Shown in pieces: positions 10,520 through 22,600 of a stretch of 52,433 nt of DNA. The position numbers and the translations under genes are program-made. Each line of letters opens with the position of its first letter. Positions within the stretch are counted from its first letter, which is position 1. The stretch is taken from positions 1 to 52,433 of the forward strand of contig MCFE01000618.1 of assembly GCA_002104905.1 (NCBI GenBank), given 5' to 3'. Below the pieces are notes generated by a model that did not search any database, was not told the origin of the DNA, and saw only the letters and a program-made list of their open reading frames with translations. The DNA comes from Basidiobolus meristosporus CBS 931.73. Lineage: Eukaryota > Fungi > Basidiobolomycota.

Positions 10520-13500
10520 TGTCCAGGGTGATGGTGTACTTTGGTCTGTGGTCAAACTAATAATGGTGCAAGGGCCAATCTATTGGGGTGTAAATTGTGG
10601 GCAAAACTTCAGGCCTGCAATGGTTTGATCATACCACACCTTATTGCCTGGTTCCCACTTTTGTCCCATTAGTTTCTCATTTTTGGGTGGAGGGGAAGGT
10701 GCTGTTGGCATTTTTGGATACTTTTATGTATAGGTGGGCAGTACAATGTATCAACCTATCTACAAAGTTGTTATATGTTGTCAAGGGGATACCTTCCGTC
10801 ATCAATCCAGCTTCTTCACACCATTTGGGCCTTGGTCCATACAGAACTTTGTATGGGGAGAAACCTGTTGTTTTATTTGGCATTGTATGCATTGCTAGGC
10901 ATGTCAGTAGGAGAAGCTTGGCCCATGACCGGGGAAGCTCACAGTGAAGCTTCTCTAGTATGTGACAACATGTCTGGTTCATCCTCTTAGTTAATCTGTT
11001 TGTCTGGGGGTGATACACAGCCATTAAGTCCTGTTTCACACCCATCATTCTGCACAAATGGGCCACAGTGCTGTTCAGAAAGGAACCACCATTGCTGGAC
11101 AGGAGTATCTGAGATATCTGTGCCAGCAGATGCACTGTTCTAGAAAGAATTGGGTGGTTGTCTTCTAACCACTATTTTGGACAGCTTGGGCTTCTCCCCA
11201 CTATGAGAAATAAATGGTAGCAATTGTTATGTATTGTTCTCCTTTCTTTGTTATCATAAAGGGGCCAACAAAGTTGATCCCTACCCAGTGGAAGGGTAGG
11301 TCAACTGGTAGTGGTGCGGTATGGTGGTGTATAAGTCTAAGTGAGAGATATGTCCAACACTTCTCAAGTGTTTTGTGTATGGGGTGTTCACTGGGTGCAA
11401 TAACTTCTGGCAGAAGCTTGCTAGGAATACTTGGGTTCTGTCTCTAATCTAATGTGATGGGGAATAATGCCACAAGCTTGTCAAGTGAAAACTATTGAGC
11501 TACAATCCCCAACTTAGTTGGTGTCTTAACAAAAGTATGTGCTGGGCTCAGCGTCCTTTGAGATGATAATGTTCTAAAGCTTCCAAAGTCATAACAGCTG
11601 TAAACTCCACCAGCAGGGACTTGATAAGAATGCAGCTGTGGTCAATAGTTACAACGGCAGAAAGGTATCTTTGCCTGTACTAGAACAAACTTAGGAAAGA
11701 ATCAAATATAATAAAAGATACCTACTCTGAGTATTCCTCATAAGTAGTGCCTCCAAGGTCAGTTGGCTGTCAGCGTGGTTTCCTGGGAGTGTCCTGTGGT
11801 CTGGGGTTGGAAGTTCTGGTAGCAGCAGGTAGCTGTGATCACACTGATCAACAAGTTGGTATATTGATAAAAGGGATGATGATTTATTGTTGAGGGATAG
11901 CCTCCCTTACATACTTTTCTTACTGGCTAAGTGATTACTAATCACGGTGTTTCAGATGGTTCTGGATATCAATAGAAATTTTAATGACATCAGAATGACC
12001 TAAGAATGTTCTAAGTAGGTGCCAGAAGGTTCTAAGAGGCACAGCACATCCAACCAATCAGGAATCACTACCCTGAAACTTGTGTAACATAGTGATACCA
12101 TATATTGTATGGAAATGGTAGGGATGGTGACACAGGTTGACCATGTGTTGTGGGTACAGGCGTGGGTACTTGCCTAATATAGAAGCACTTATAGCTAGTA
12201 ATCTTACATAAAGTGAGGGGTAACTTATGCAATAAGGTAAGCAGGTGTGATAGTCAACCAGCTTATGGGATAGTACTGATCAGGTAAGACAAATGGGATA
12301 AAACTAAAATAAGTGTAGTAGAGATATAGGGAAGTAGAATATTTGGGAATGAGCACATCTGTCAGTGGGTGTCACCGTCACCCCACTACAGCAGCTGTCC
12401 CTATCTTCTAACTCCAGTTAAATCTTTTGCATGCGGAGCATCTTTGTAACGCATTTGTGACATTGGTCATAATTTTTTTCCAATAAAATGTCTTTCTTAA
12501 CATCTTATATGTTGTTAGGTGATTGGCATGTCATAATAACATTTGTCTTTCTTGTATGATTTCTTTGCAGGCAGTTACTGGGGGTCACTTGACTCTGAAC
12601 TGTCCTTGGAGGAACCATATTTGGTATTCTTGTACTTTCTACTAACACAATTTCCTCTAAAAGTCTCTCTTCTGCTTTTTTGTAACAGCATGTTTGGGGT
12701 ACTTCCCCCTTATTTTAAAGCAGATCACATCTTCATAATCATTGCCAATGCATATTTGGCAAACAGGGTAGTGACTGTAGAAGTCTGGGCCCTGGTGTTT
12801 TCTTGCCAGCACAATGAATTATTTTTAAGTTGTATTCTTGCAGTTGGAGGGCCCAACATGCCAGTCAACCAGTAAAGTCTTTAGTTCTCATCATCCAGAC
12901 CAGTGTGCTGTGGTCTGTTACTATTGCAAGTTGGCAGCCATGTATATATGTATGGATTTGCTTAATTGAATAAACAACAGCCAGACATTCTATCTTTGTA
13001 ACATGGTAGTGACATTTGTGTTTGTTTAGCAAATGGCTCACGTAACCAATTGGGTGGAACTTACCAGGTTGGTGAAACTGTCCCAGTACAACCCCTATAC
13101 AAGTGAGACTTCCATCACAGTTGATAAATATTCTCACATCCCAATTTGGAAAATGTGATACTGGCAGTGACGTCAGGGAATGTTTCAGCAGATCAAATGC
13201 TCTCTTTTGAGATTTGTATAATCCAAACAATGTTATAAAAGCAGTTTTGGGTTGATCTTCTGGGGCTACTATGACTTGCCAATACCTGGAGATTAAGTCA
13301 AGAGAGCTAAAATATATAATCCAACTAATCTGTCCAAGAGATTGTCTATTCACAGCAGTGGATACATTTCCTTCCAGGTGACAGCGTTCAACTTTTGGTA
13401 GTCAATGCAAAAACATTGCTTTCCATCTTTCTTTGGGACTATGACTATGGGGAGGCCCACAGAGAATGGCTCTTTGTAATGATGTTCTTCTTTAATAAAG

Positions 13501-14490
13501 TTTCAATTGTCTCTATGATATAATCTGTGTTAATTTTTGAGTTCCTATGCGCTTTTTCTTGATGGGGTATTTGTTGGCAAGATGGATTTGGTGATAAACC
13601 CCAGATATATGGCCAATTACTTGGCTCTTAGAGAAAACTTGGGTAAGCAGGTGTATTCCTTCTAGGAACCTGTCTTGTAATGTAGGTGGCAGACCAGGGT
13701 CCACATCTAGGTTGGGGAGTTCCTCTTCTGGTTACTTGTTTGTAGGTGGTCCTTGGTTGTTTCCGGCAACTTCCTCTAGGTTTAACAATGGCACTCCTCT
13801 AGGCAATGTCACCACATGTGGCCCATTGGTAACCACTTAGGACTTCAGACTCTGAGTTTCAAATTTTGGCGGTATCCATACTTTACAGATCAAGATTCCT
13901 TCCAGTTGCTCAGATACCTTTGTTGTGGTTATCATTCTTCCACTTGTCAAATAAGCTACTGCTGTCTCTAATGAAATCACCATCTCACTGGCTGGTGGTA
14001 TTTTTATCAACTTTTGTATGATGATTGGACACTGCAATGGTTGCACCTCTTCAATTGTCACATTGTTGCTATGCACCTTGCTCTCATTGGTAAAATGAAT
14101 CAGTATGATACTCTCAGTATCCCACCTCAGCTCAGATGCACTGCAGAGTATGTGCATCTTGTGTTGGATAAAATAACTCTTGCCAATGAGTAAGTTGTAT
14201 GCTGCAGCAGGTAGGACCACAATATCTTGGTGTAAAATCAAGTTGCCTAGCTGGATGGGGCAATTAGGCACCACTCCTACTGTTGCGTCCAATTGTTCAT
14301 TTGCTAGCTGTACTCAAATGGTGTTGTTGAGGACAGTATCTAACTCTAGATGTTTTGCTAATGACTCTCACATGATCAATATAGAGGGTTCTGTGTCAAT
14401 AAGGGCAAGAATCTCCTTATTTTCCATATGTACCTTTACATATGTACCCTTATTTGGTTTTTGTAGGACCATCTGGCTGATATGACAGGT
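10520..14490 (-). pseudogene. pol: Gypsy C pol pseudogene, split by the solo LTR at 11320-12390
   Basis: ORF-track fragments 13837-14292, 12865-13353 and 10677-11135, plus flanking degenerate frames. Confidence 0.85.
11320..12390 (-). mobile_element. Solo LTR, family B (1071 bp), inserted in the gypsy C integrase
   Basis: Element-strand ends TGTAGTGGGG...CACCACCATA; TSD GCGG (11316-11319) / GCAG (12391-12394); ~92% identical to 44542-45612 in a 250-bp sample, and same length. Confidence 0.92.
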
Positions 14491-14689
14491 TGTTATCTCC
14501 TTCAATCCTGCTATCAGTTCCTTGACTAGATCTGGGGTGAGTCCCTGTAAATGGGTTATTGAGAGGGTTGCCTTGGTTTGGATTTGTTGCAGTTACTGCA
14601 TAAGTAATAAATACAAATCAGACTGGTGCTGCAAACAGCAAGAAAATCAATAGAAAAAGCCTGAATATGAAAGTGCTGCAACCACTGCC

Positions 14690-15330
14690 AATAATCTAGT
14701 CATATCTGCACTAAATATGACTGTAATAAGGATCTGGATTTGAGGCATATTGGCACAGAAGTATCTCAACAGTTTGCATAATAGAATCAATCTTTGCCCA
14801 TCATTAATGTATTCTCATGAAAAGGGTCTTCATGGGTGCCAATGAAGCCCTGGAAGCATTGAACAGGGAGCTATCCCAGTAAGCCTTTGAAGTAATGAGC
14901 AGAGCCATATATTTAAAGTCAAAGAAGTACATGATGTATCATAAGTTGCTAATAACCTACTATCTGCAAGAAAGACAACTGCTCAGGGACTCAGTTTCCA
15001 TTTTGACAGCACTTGATGCAGTATTGCCAATTCAAATGGTGCCCATATTGGTATGAGTATCAGAGATCAGAATCTCCTGTGGTTGACTTGTGTTATATTA
15101 CTTATGAGAGCCAATATAGGTAGTTGAAATAAAGGAATGTTTTGGCACAGTAGACTTGGACTAATAAATCTGACCATTTGGGGTCAGTGATTAAAAATCA
15201 GCTAATTGTCATAATAAAAGTTGATCCTGCAGCTATTCTTGGGCACTGTGAAGTCTTCATGTACAGGAAACAGGCCAGAAAGCTGTTAACAATAAAGTTG
15301 GTGAAATACTTTTATCACAACAATAAATAA
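14690..15330 (+). pseudogene. Ty1/copia pol fragment (protease to GAG-pre-integrase)
   Basis: HIFKVKEVHDVS*VANNLLSARK...GLSFHFD, then FWHSRLGLIN (WHxRLGH motif); heavily degraded. Confidence 0.65.
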
Positions 15331-15363
15331 GTGTCTTTTGATTGGTTTGTGGCCAATTTGCTC

Positions 15364-15393
15364 ATCTCTACCTTCAACCTATACATCACCACA
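15364..15393 (+). repeat. Terminal 30 bp of an LTR-B, still fused to the CACTA transposase
   Basis: ATCTCTACCTTCAACCTATACATCACCACA matches 26/30 to the reverse complement of 44542-44571, and is followed by the same host flank. Confidence 0.7.
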
Positions 15394-16294
15394 GCACATC
15401 TACAGCTGTTGTTGGAGGAGCTTATGACAGGATTTGAGCACCTATGCCACAAACAAAAGGCTGAAAGCGTAGATCCCTTTCCATCACTGTATCTATTCTC
15501 TACCCCATCTTACATGGTGCGCAAAGAATATGGGGCCTTGCTTCACCTTCTGGGAGTTTCCTATGCAGCAGTTGTGTGGGGAGATAGGAAGTCAAGTCAA
15601 GTTGCAGGTACTACCAAATTCCAATCTCTTCAAGAATAAAACCTTTGAGTATGTCATGGATATGATTAGTAGGCACATGGGGGTCAGCCAGGAAGAGTTG
15701 AAATATACTGATAACAAATGTGCACATGGAGACACCAATGCCTATGGCATTAAGAAGCTAAGCAGCCCCAATGCATTGGTAATTAGTTAAGTAATGCAAA
15801 GGTGGGCTGGGGGCAACATGCAACTAATTTTGAATAGGACAACTTTACCAAGGTATGCCAAATTTCTCTTGCTCAATAGCATCAACAATCTGAGCAGCCC
15901 CAATATGCTGCTAATCATTGAGGTTATGCATGGTTGGGCTGAATACAATATGCAACTAACTTTCATTAAGACAACTTTACCTAAACCTGTCAGGTGTCTC
16001 TTGGTCACAAGCTAATTCCATATCATTTAGTAAAGAATTAACACAAAAAAGCACCAGAGAGCACCTTTAAGGGGGGCTATAACCTAGCAGAGAGAAAGAA
16101 CACATTGGTTTAATACTACAAAGCTCTTTACCAAAACTTGAGAAATCTTCATAGCAAATGGGGTAGCTACTACAATATTTTTGCAAGATATATATCATAC
16201 CAGTGATTCAAGTTATATTCCAACTTTGCATGTACCACACTGAAAGGCCATAAAGTAGAGGTGAACAAAGTATGTCAATTGCAGCAGGTGTATG
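15394..16294 (+). mobile_element. CACTA transposase C-terminal fragment
   Basis: ~80% identical to the reverse complement of 43770-44541; contains a diverged 132-bp tandem duplication (15758-16013). Confidence 0.8.
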
Positions 16295-16577
16295 TGTTAC
16301 AAGTCTTGATTTAAGAGTTGTAGAGGAATAGGGAGTTTAGCTAGTATTATATTCACTAAAACCTGATTTGATTTTTATTGAAGTTCAGCAGTTCCTTTTA
16401 CACATTTTGCCAGAACAATTGCTGACTATTTGTATGTCCTAACTTAGGTTGTGGCTGATGACTCATTTGATTGCATCATCATCACCCAATTACATGATAC
16501 TTGATATATTGACTTCTGTATTATAAGGATCTGCTGACCAATACTACTGATTTGATAGATAACACTGATATGCTGAT
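16295..16577 (-). repeat. Truncated, diverged LTR of gypsy family A
   Basis: Starts TGTTACAAGTCTTG (reverse complement of the LTR-A end); collinear for ~280 bp, lacking the first ~85 bp of the LTR. Confidence 0.85.
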
Positions 16578-16584
16578 AGGCTAT

Positions 16585-17536
16585 TGTTGGATCTACATAT
16601 GGAACCAAGTAATTTTTCATTCAAACTGGTTCAACAAGATCTTGCCTATTCTCCCAGTTTTCTTGGGTGTCTCAAATGGCACATTTAGCTTGAAATACAC
16701 CATGTACAACTTGGCCATTGGTGCAGATATATTGATGAAGAACAAACAACTGGCTCCCAATAGAAGCTTTTGCTCTAACCAAGTCACTTTATTTTCAGTA
16801 TCTCCAATTTTCTGTTAATTCCATGCTCTTATTATTGACATATAGTTTGACAGCTTTGCCACAAATGCATGCTGACTTCTGCACATTTTCCCACTGGCAA
16901 GATAATGCTCTTAATAGTGGTGTAGCAGTAGTAATAATGTGTGTGAGTTATGGAGTAAATTACCTGGATCTCACCTATTTAACATCAATACAATTGATTG
17001 AGCCCAGAAAAGCAAGCTATCTCTTGGATGGCTAAGGCAACTCTAATGCTGATGCCAATATGTCCCTTGAGGTGATGGTTACTTACCAGGATCAGACTGG
17101 ATAGCAAACAAAACTCATCCAGCAATGGATATAGATTCCCATCCAGAAGGATGGTGATTTATGCTCTGATATCAGTGAGACAACCATCTGATTCCTGCTC
17201 TAAACCCTAAAATTGACAGCTGACACTAGTCAATGAGAATTAGCAGCTAGCAGGATTTGATAGCAGAGCACTAGTTCAGTGAAATTTCATTGAGAGCCTG
17301 AGCAATGGACTGCTCAGACATACCTTCAAAGCAGCCCTTGCTTCAAAGTTATTTGTAATATTTGCCATCAAAATGCTTGTAAGGTCTGTGCTTAAGCACT
17401 GATGAGTACAGTGGCTTATAGCTTCACAACATTTGTGGAGCTGCATTACTTATTTGGATGGGATATTAATAGATTGCATCAGGTGCATGAACAATATCTT
17501 GCTCCTTAAGTTGTGAATTCCCAACAAGTTAGACAC
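16585..17536 (-). mobile_element. CACTA copy 3, left part (transposase middle), host of copia-1
   Basis: Collinear with 45830-46737; continues at 31840 after removing copia-1. Confidence 0.85.
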
Positions 17537-19632
17537 TGCTGCAATTCAGGAAGTGATTTGGATATAAGGAACTTATCATGAAATTGTGCTGATAGTTGGA
17601 CTGTTGTTTGTTCATAAAGAGGCTCAGTATTTATATCTTTGCAAAAGCAATATAGCTACAACACTAAGTAAGGGGAGCTTCTCAGCATTTAGGATCATTC
17701 TGTAGCAGTTTCAGGATGGGTTCATAATGCTTGTTCAAAGTACTAATTTGATCTTGACTATAGGGGAATAATCACAGGATCATAGGTATGAAGATGGTGG
17801 CAAAGTTAGGGCTGTAAGGTTGTCTTACAGTGACCAGGACTAGTCTAGAATTGCTGAGTAAATTCTTAGCTGCTAAATGATACCAAATAATTCAAAATTT
17901 TGAACTCTCCTCCTCAACTAAATAGTTTTTAAACCCAATTCCTCTGTGAGATTCTCAAATTTTGCCTAGCTAGTAGTCTTGTCAGTATATCTGCCACCAT
18001 TTTGTCAGTTAGGTCCCAGACTAACTCTACTAAGTTGTTTTCTACAGTTTCCCTTACAAAGTGGTATTGTATATCTATGTGCTTAGTTTTAGAATGATTA
18101 GCACGATTCCTAGCCAATGAAATACAGGTTTAATTATCCTTGTAAACACTTGTTGGCTCATCTGAGATAGAACTCAATATCTTGAGCAATTTTTGTAGCT
18201 ATGTAGCCTCCTAGGTTGCTTAACAAGTACCCATATATTCAGCTCCAGTTGTAGATAGGGCTGCAATTGGTTGTTTCATGCAATTCCAATTGATAGCTGC
18301 ACCAACATATAGAAATGCATACCCAGCAACAGAGCATCTGTGAATTAAATCCCTACCCTAATCTGATTCACTATAACCATCAAATTCTTGCCTATTAGCT
18401 GCTCTTGAGTATATATTATTATTTATTCTGAAGCATCTAAAAATATTCCTGATGAACTTGGACTGATTCAGCAAAAATACTTGCATAGCTATGTCAGATT
18501 TGACTTCAATTCTCAGAAATAGCTCAATTTTCCAATATCTTTCATCTGAAATTTGCTGATAAGATCTGATCTCATCTATTTCAGTGCCTCCTGGTCACTT
18601 GCAGCAATTATTAGGTTGTCCACATAAAGAATTAGGATGATCACATCCTTTTGAGCTGTTTCACAGATATACTGTCGTAACACAGTGCTACAAATGAGCC
18701 CAATCTCCTCTAGGTATGTGTCAATCTTGTTATACTGTGCTCAAGGTGCCTGTTTAAGCCCATACAGCATGTTTCTAATCTGCCTCCTTATGTGAGTCTT
18801 TTTGATTGGCAAAACCTTTGGATTGCTCCATGTATATATTGATTCTTGCAGATCCCAATTTAGAAATGCTCTTTTGACGTCCATTTAGGGTAGAGCTAGA
18901 CTGTGCACCACTGCTAGGGCCAGAACTTCCTAATGGAAATAAACTTGACAAATGGAGTAAATGTTTCTTTTAAGTCTAATCCCAAGGTCTGGGAATAGCC
19001 TTTAGCCACTAATGTAGCTTTGTACTTATCAACAGTACCATTGGAGGTTATCTTGATCATGTAGACCCATCTACATCCTATTGGCTTTCTTCTGTATGGT
19101 AGGTTTACTTGTTCCCACCTTGTTGCCCTGCCCAGTGACTGGTTCTCTCCTACATGGAGGTTTGACTAACAAGGCAAGATAAGCTTCTACATGATCATTA
19201 AATGTCAGCCACCAGAATTGAAGAGCATTCCTCATTCTAAGAAAGCTCCTTGCTGGGATGATCTGTTATGATCTGCCGCTTAAATGTTTAAGTTAGATCA
19301 GTTTTTAGTCAAATCAATTAGTATATGTTTAGGTTATCAGTATATTGGTATTATATATGAAATCAGTAGCATTAGTCAGCAAATGAATCAGCAGATCCTT
19401 ATCAGACAGAAATAGACATATTAAGTAGGATCTTATTGGGTGATGATGATGCAATCAAATGAGTCATCAGCCACAACCTACATTAGGAAATACAATTAGT
19501 CAGCAATTGATCTGGCAAAATGTATATAAGGAGCTGCTGGAACCTCAATAAAAATCAGTTCAAGTTTTAGTGAATACAATACTAGCTAAACTCCCTATTT
19601 CTCTACAACTCTTATACTAAGACTTGTAACAT

Positions 19633-19641
19633 TGGTAGCAG
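19633..19641 (+). promoter_or_regulatory. Primer-binding site TGGTAGCAG (also 38738-38746)
   Basis: 1 nt after the 5' LTR. Complementary to a tRNA 3' end ...CUGCUACCA, which is the animal-type initiator tRNA-Met end; the host tRNA assignment is inference. Confidence 0.7.
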
Positions 19642-19689
19642 CAATAACCAGAAACCTCCCTCCTGAAGAAAGAAGAAACCACCCTCAAG

Positions 19690-22600
19690 ATGTTAGACAA
19701 TCAAGAATGGAAGAATGCCATGCAGCAAATCCTGGCCCAACAGCAACAGTTACTCCAGATCATCAGCCAACAGCAACAAAGAATGACTACCATGGCTCAG
19801 AACCAGCAAAGCACTGTAAAGAGCAGCTTCAGTGTGAAGGTCAACTGGTACCATAGCAGAGTCAATGAAAACCTGGGAACTTGGCTCTTCCAGATTGAAG
19901 AAGCTTTTAAAGCTAAAGGAATTGCTCCAGAAAGCAAGTTGCATTATGCAGCTTCTTACCTGGCAGATGCAGCTTTACAGTGGTACCACAACAAGATCAG
20001 GTCAGCCACTATGATGGGATGCTCTACACTCTCTACCTGGGATGAGTTTGTGTCGGAAATTCAGGATGCTTTTGAACCTCCACACTAGCAGACACTACTA
20101 AGAAGGAAGTTAAAGACACTCAGACAGAAAGGAACGGTGTGGTAGGGTAAACATACCTCCCACAGACAAGTTTATTCATATAGTCATTATGATATACTTA
20201 TCCATATTTTATCTTATCAGTATTATCCCATTCTTCTTTTGCCCATATTATCAGTATTATCCCCATATGATGTTTACCCTGATTAGTTATTAGCATTAGT
20301 TATCCCAGATGTTATTCAGCTTTGTGATCAGTAGATGTATCTATATAAGGCAAGTACCCACGTCAGTACCCGTGACACATGACCTAGGTCTGTGTTACCA
20401 TCTCTACCATTTCAATACCATATATGGTATTTCTATGTTGCACAGGTTTCAGACTACTGATTCCTAATTGGTTGAGAGTGCTGTGCCTTTTAGAACCTTT
20501 CAGGACATTCTTGGCATATTTTTAGCTCATAGTGATGTCATCAAGAATTCCACTGATACCTAGAATCTTCTAGAACCTTGTCATTAGTAATCACTTGGCA
20601 ATCAGGAAAAGTATTTAAGGGAAAGCAATCCCTCATCAATAAATCATCCCTTCTATCAGTAACACTTCTACCTTATTGATTAGCAGTTGATCACTGCACC
20701 TGCCTTCAACAGTACATCCAAGACCTGCCATCAAGGAGCTTTTCAGGGTAGTTCACAAGACACACAGAGGCCTTTGGAGACACTTGGAGCACCTAGGAAT
20801 CTAGAGAAGCAGGAGCTTTTACCATAGTGACATATTGACAAAGATACCAGCAGTTTAGACACAGAGGTTATTGCACCCATCAGACACCTCACACACCTTG
20901 AGTTGTGTAGCTTCTCCCAGGAGTACCTCTACACCACCACAACGGTACAACAATACATCTATGAGTACAGATGTTTACTTGAACAAATTGAAAGAATGGA
21001 CTCCTTGGATCAAGTTGAATACTTTATTGATGGGTTGAAAGAAAGAACTTGCAAGGAAGTGAATTACCAAAGACCTCAGACTATTGAAGAAGCCATCAAG
21101 ATTGCCATTGACTATGACTCAGCTATGTTTGGAGTTTGGAAGCCTACAGTGACTAATCAGAAAGGCTACAATCATTATGAAAGAAGACAATCAGAAGCAG
21201 TACCAATGGAAATAGACGCTATGCAGAAGAATCCTACCTCAGAAGAATGTAAGAAGAAAGGACCTTGCTTCAATTGCCACCAGCAAGGACATATTGCAAA
21301 GTACTGCCCTCAGCAAAGAATTGGACACCAGCCAACAAGAACCTTCAACCATATTGAGTTCCATGAACACAGTAATGTGGAAGATGAGCCTGAAGAAGAC
21401 TTGGAACTCACCTTCCATATGACAGAATAGTACTTGTCCCAAATGACTTCAAACTCATGGAAGTTATTGTACTTGAATGGAGTAATCAATGGAGTACCTG
21501 CCAAGATCATGATTGACTCAGGAGCATTGCATGAGTATATGTCAGAGCAATTTGCTTTGTAAGCTGGAATCAACTCGGAACCTACCAAATCAACTTCAGT
21601 CTCCACAGCTGATGGGAACTCCCACATAATCAACCGTATTACCCAGCCAGTAAGAATGAATATCAATGACTATGAAGAAGACCTACAGGCTTATATATTT
21701 GGGAACTGCAAGTTTGACCTTGTACTTGGAAAAACCTGGCTATTTTGTTGTAATCCATCAATCAACTGGAGAACCCATGCTACTCAGATCCAAAAAGACA
21801 ACAAGACCTATGAGCTATTACCTGCCAGGCTGGATTTCAACTTGGTTAATTCCAGTATGTGTGAGACAAGTGAACTTAGCAAGACCCAGTTCTGTAGAGC
21901 GCTTAGAAAAGGTACTCAGATGTTCCTCATGGCAGTTTTACAGGAGGATTCCTCTACCCCAGCACCCCAGCAGGTCCAGACTCTCTTGAAGAAATATTCA
22001 GACGTGTTTCCAGATGAGCTTGTAAGTCTACTACCAGTCAGAGACGTGGATCATGCCATTGACACAGGAGATAGCCCTCCAGTGAGCAAGACACCTTACA
22101 GAATGAGTCCATTGGAATTGGAGGAAATGAAGAGACAAATTAATCAGCTATTGGAGCAAGGATACATCAGGCCCAGCAAGTCACCCTGGGGAGCACCAGT
22201 GCTTTTTGTGAAAAAGAAGGATGGAACACTTATGATGTGCATTGACTACAGAGCCCTGAACTCAGTTACTGTCAAGAATAAGTACCCCATACCTCAGACT
22301 GATGAGCTTTTGGACCAACTTAATGGAGCCACTATTTTCAGCAAGATTGACCTCATGTCAGGATACAACCAAATTAGGGTGAAACCAGAAGATATTCCTA
22401 AGACAGCATTTAGGACCAGATATGGACATTACAAGTACTTAGTCATGAGTTTTGGCCTCACCAATGCCCCTGCAACTTTCATGACCCTGATGCAGACTGT
22501 CTTCCAGGAGTACTTAGACAAGTTTGTCATAATCTACCTAGATGATATACTGATATACAGCAAGACAGAAGAGGATCACTTGGTGCACATTGAAAAGGTC

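Larger units (their letters stand above)
9209..14600 (-). mobile_element. Old Ty3/gypsy element (family C), fragmentary; LTR limits unresolved
   Basis: Protease (LALIDT..., YNLLIGKSY), RT (WASPIVIVPKKDG, IDYQKLNA, SSLDLISRYWQV; YxDD core deleted), RNase H (CDGSLTCIGVVLGQ, KIECLAVV) and integrase (VGINFVGP, SSNGGSF, YHPQTN, TTGFSPY), in gypsy order PR-RT-RH-IN. Confidence 0.85.
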
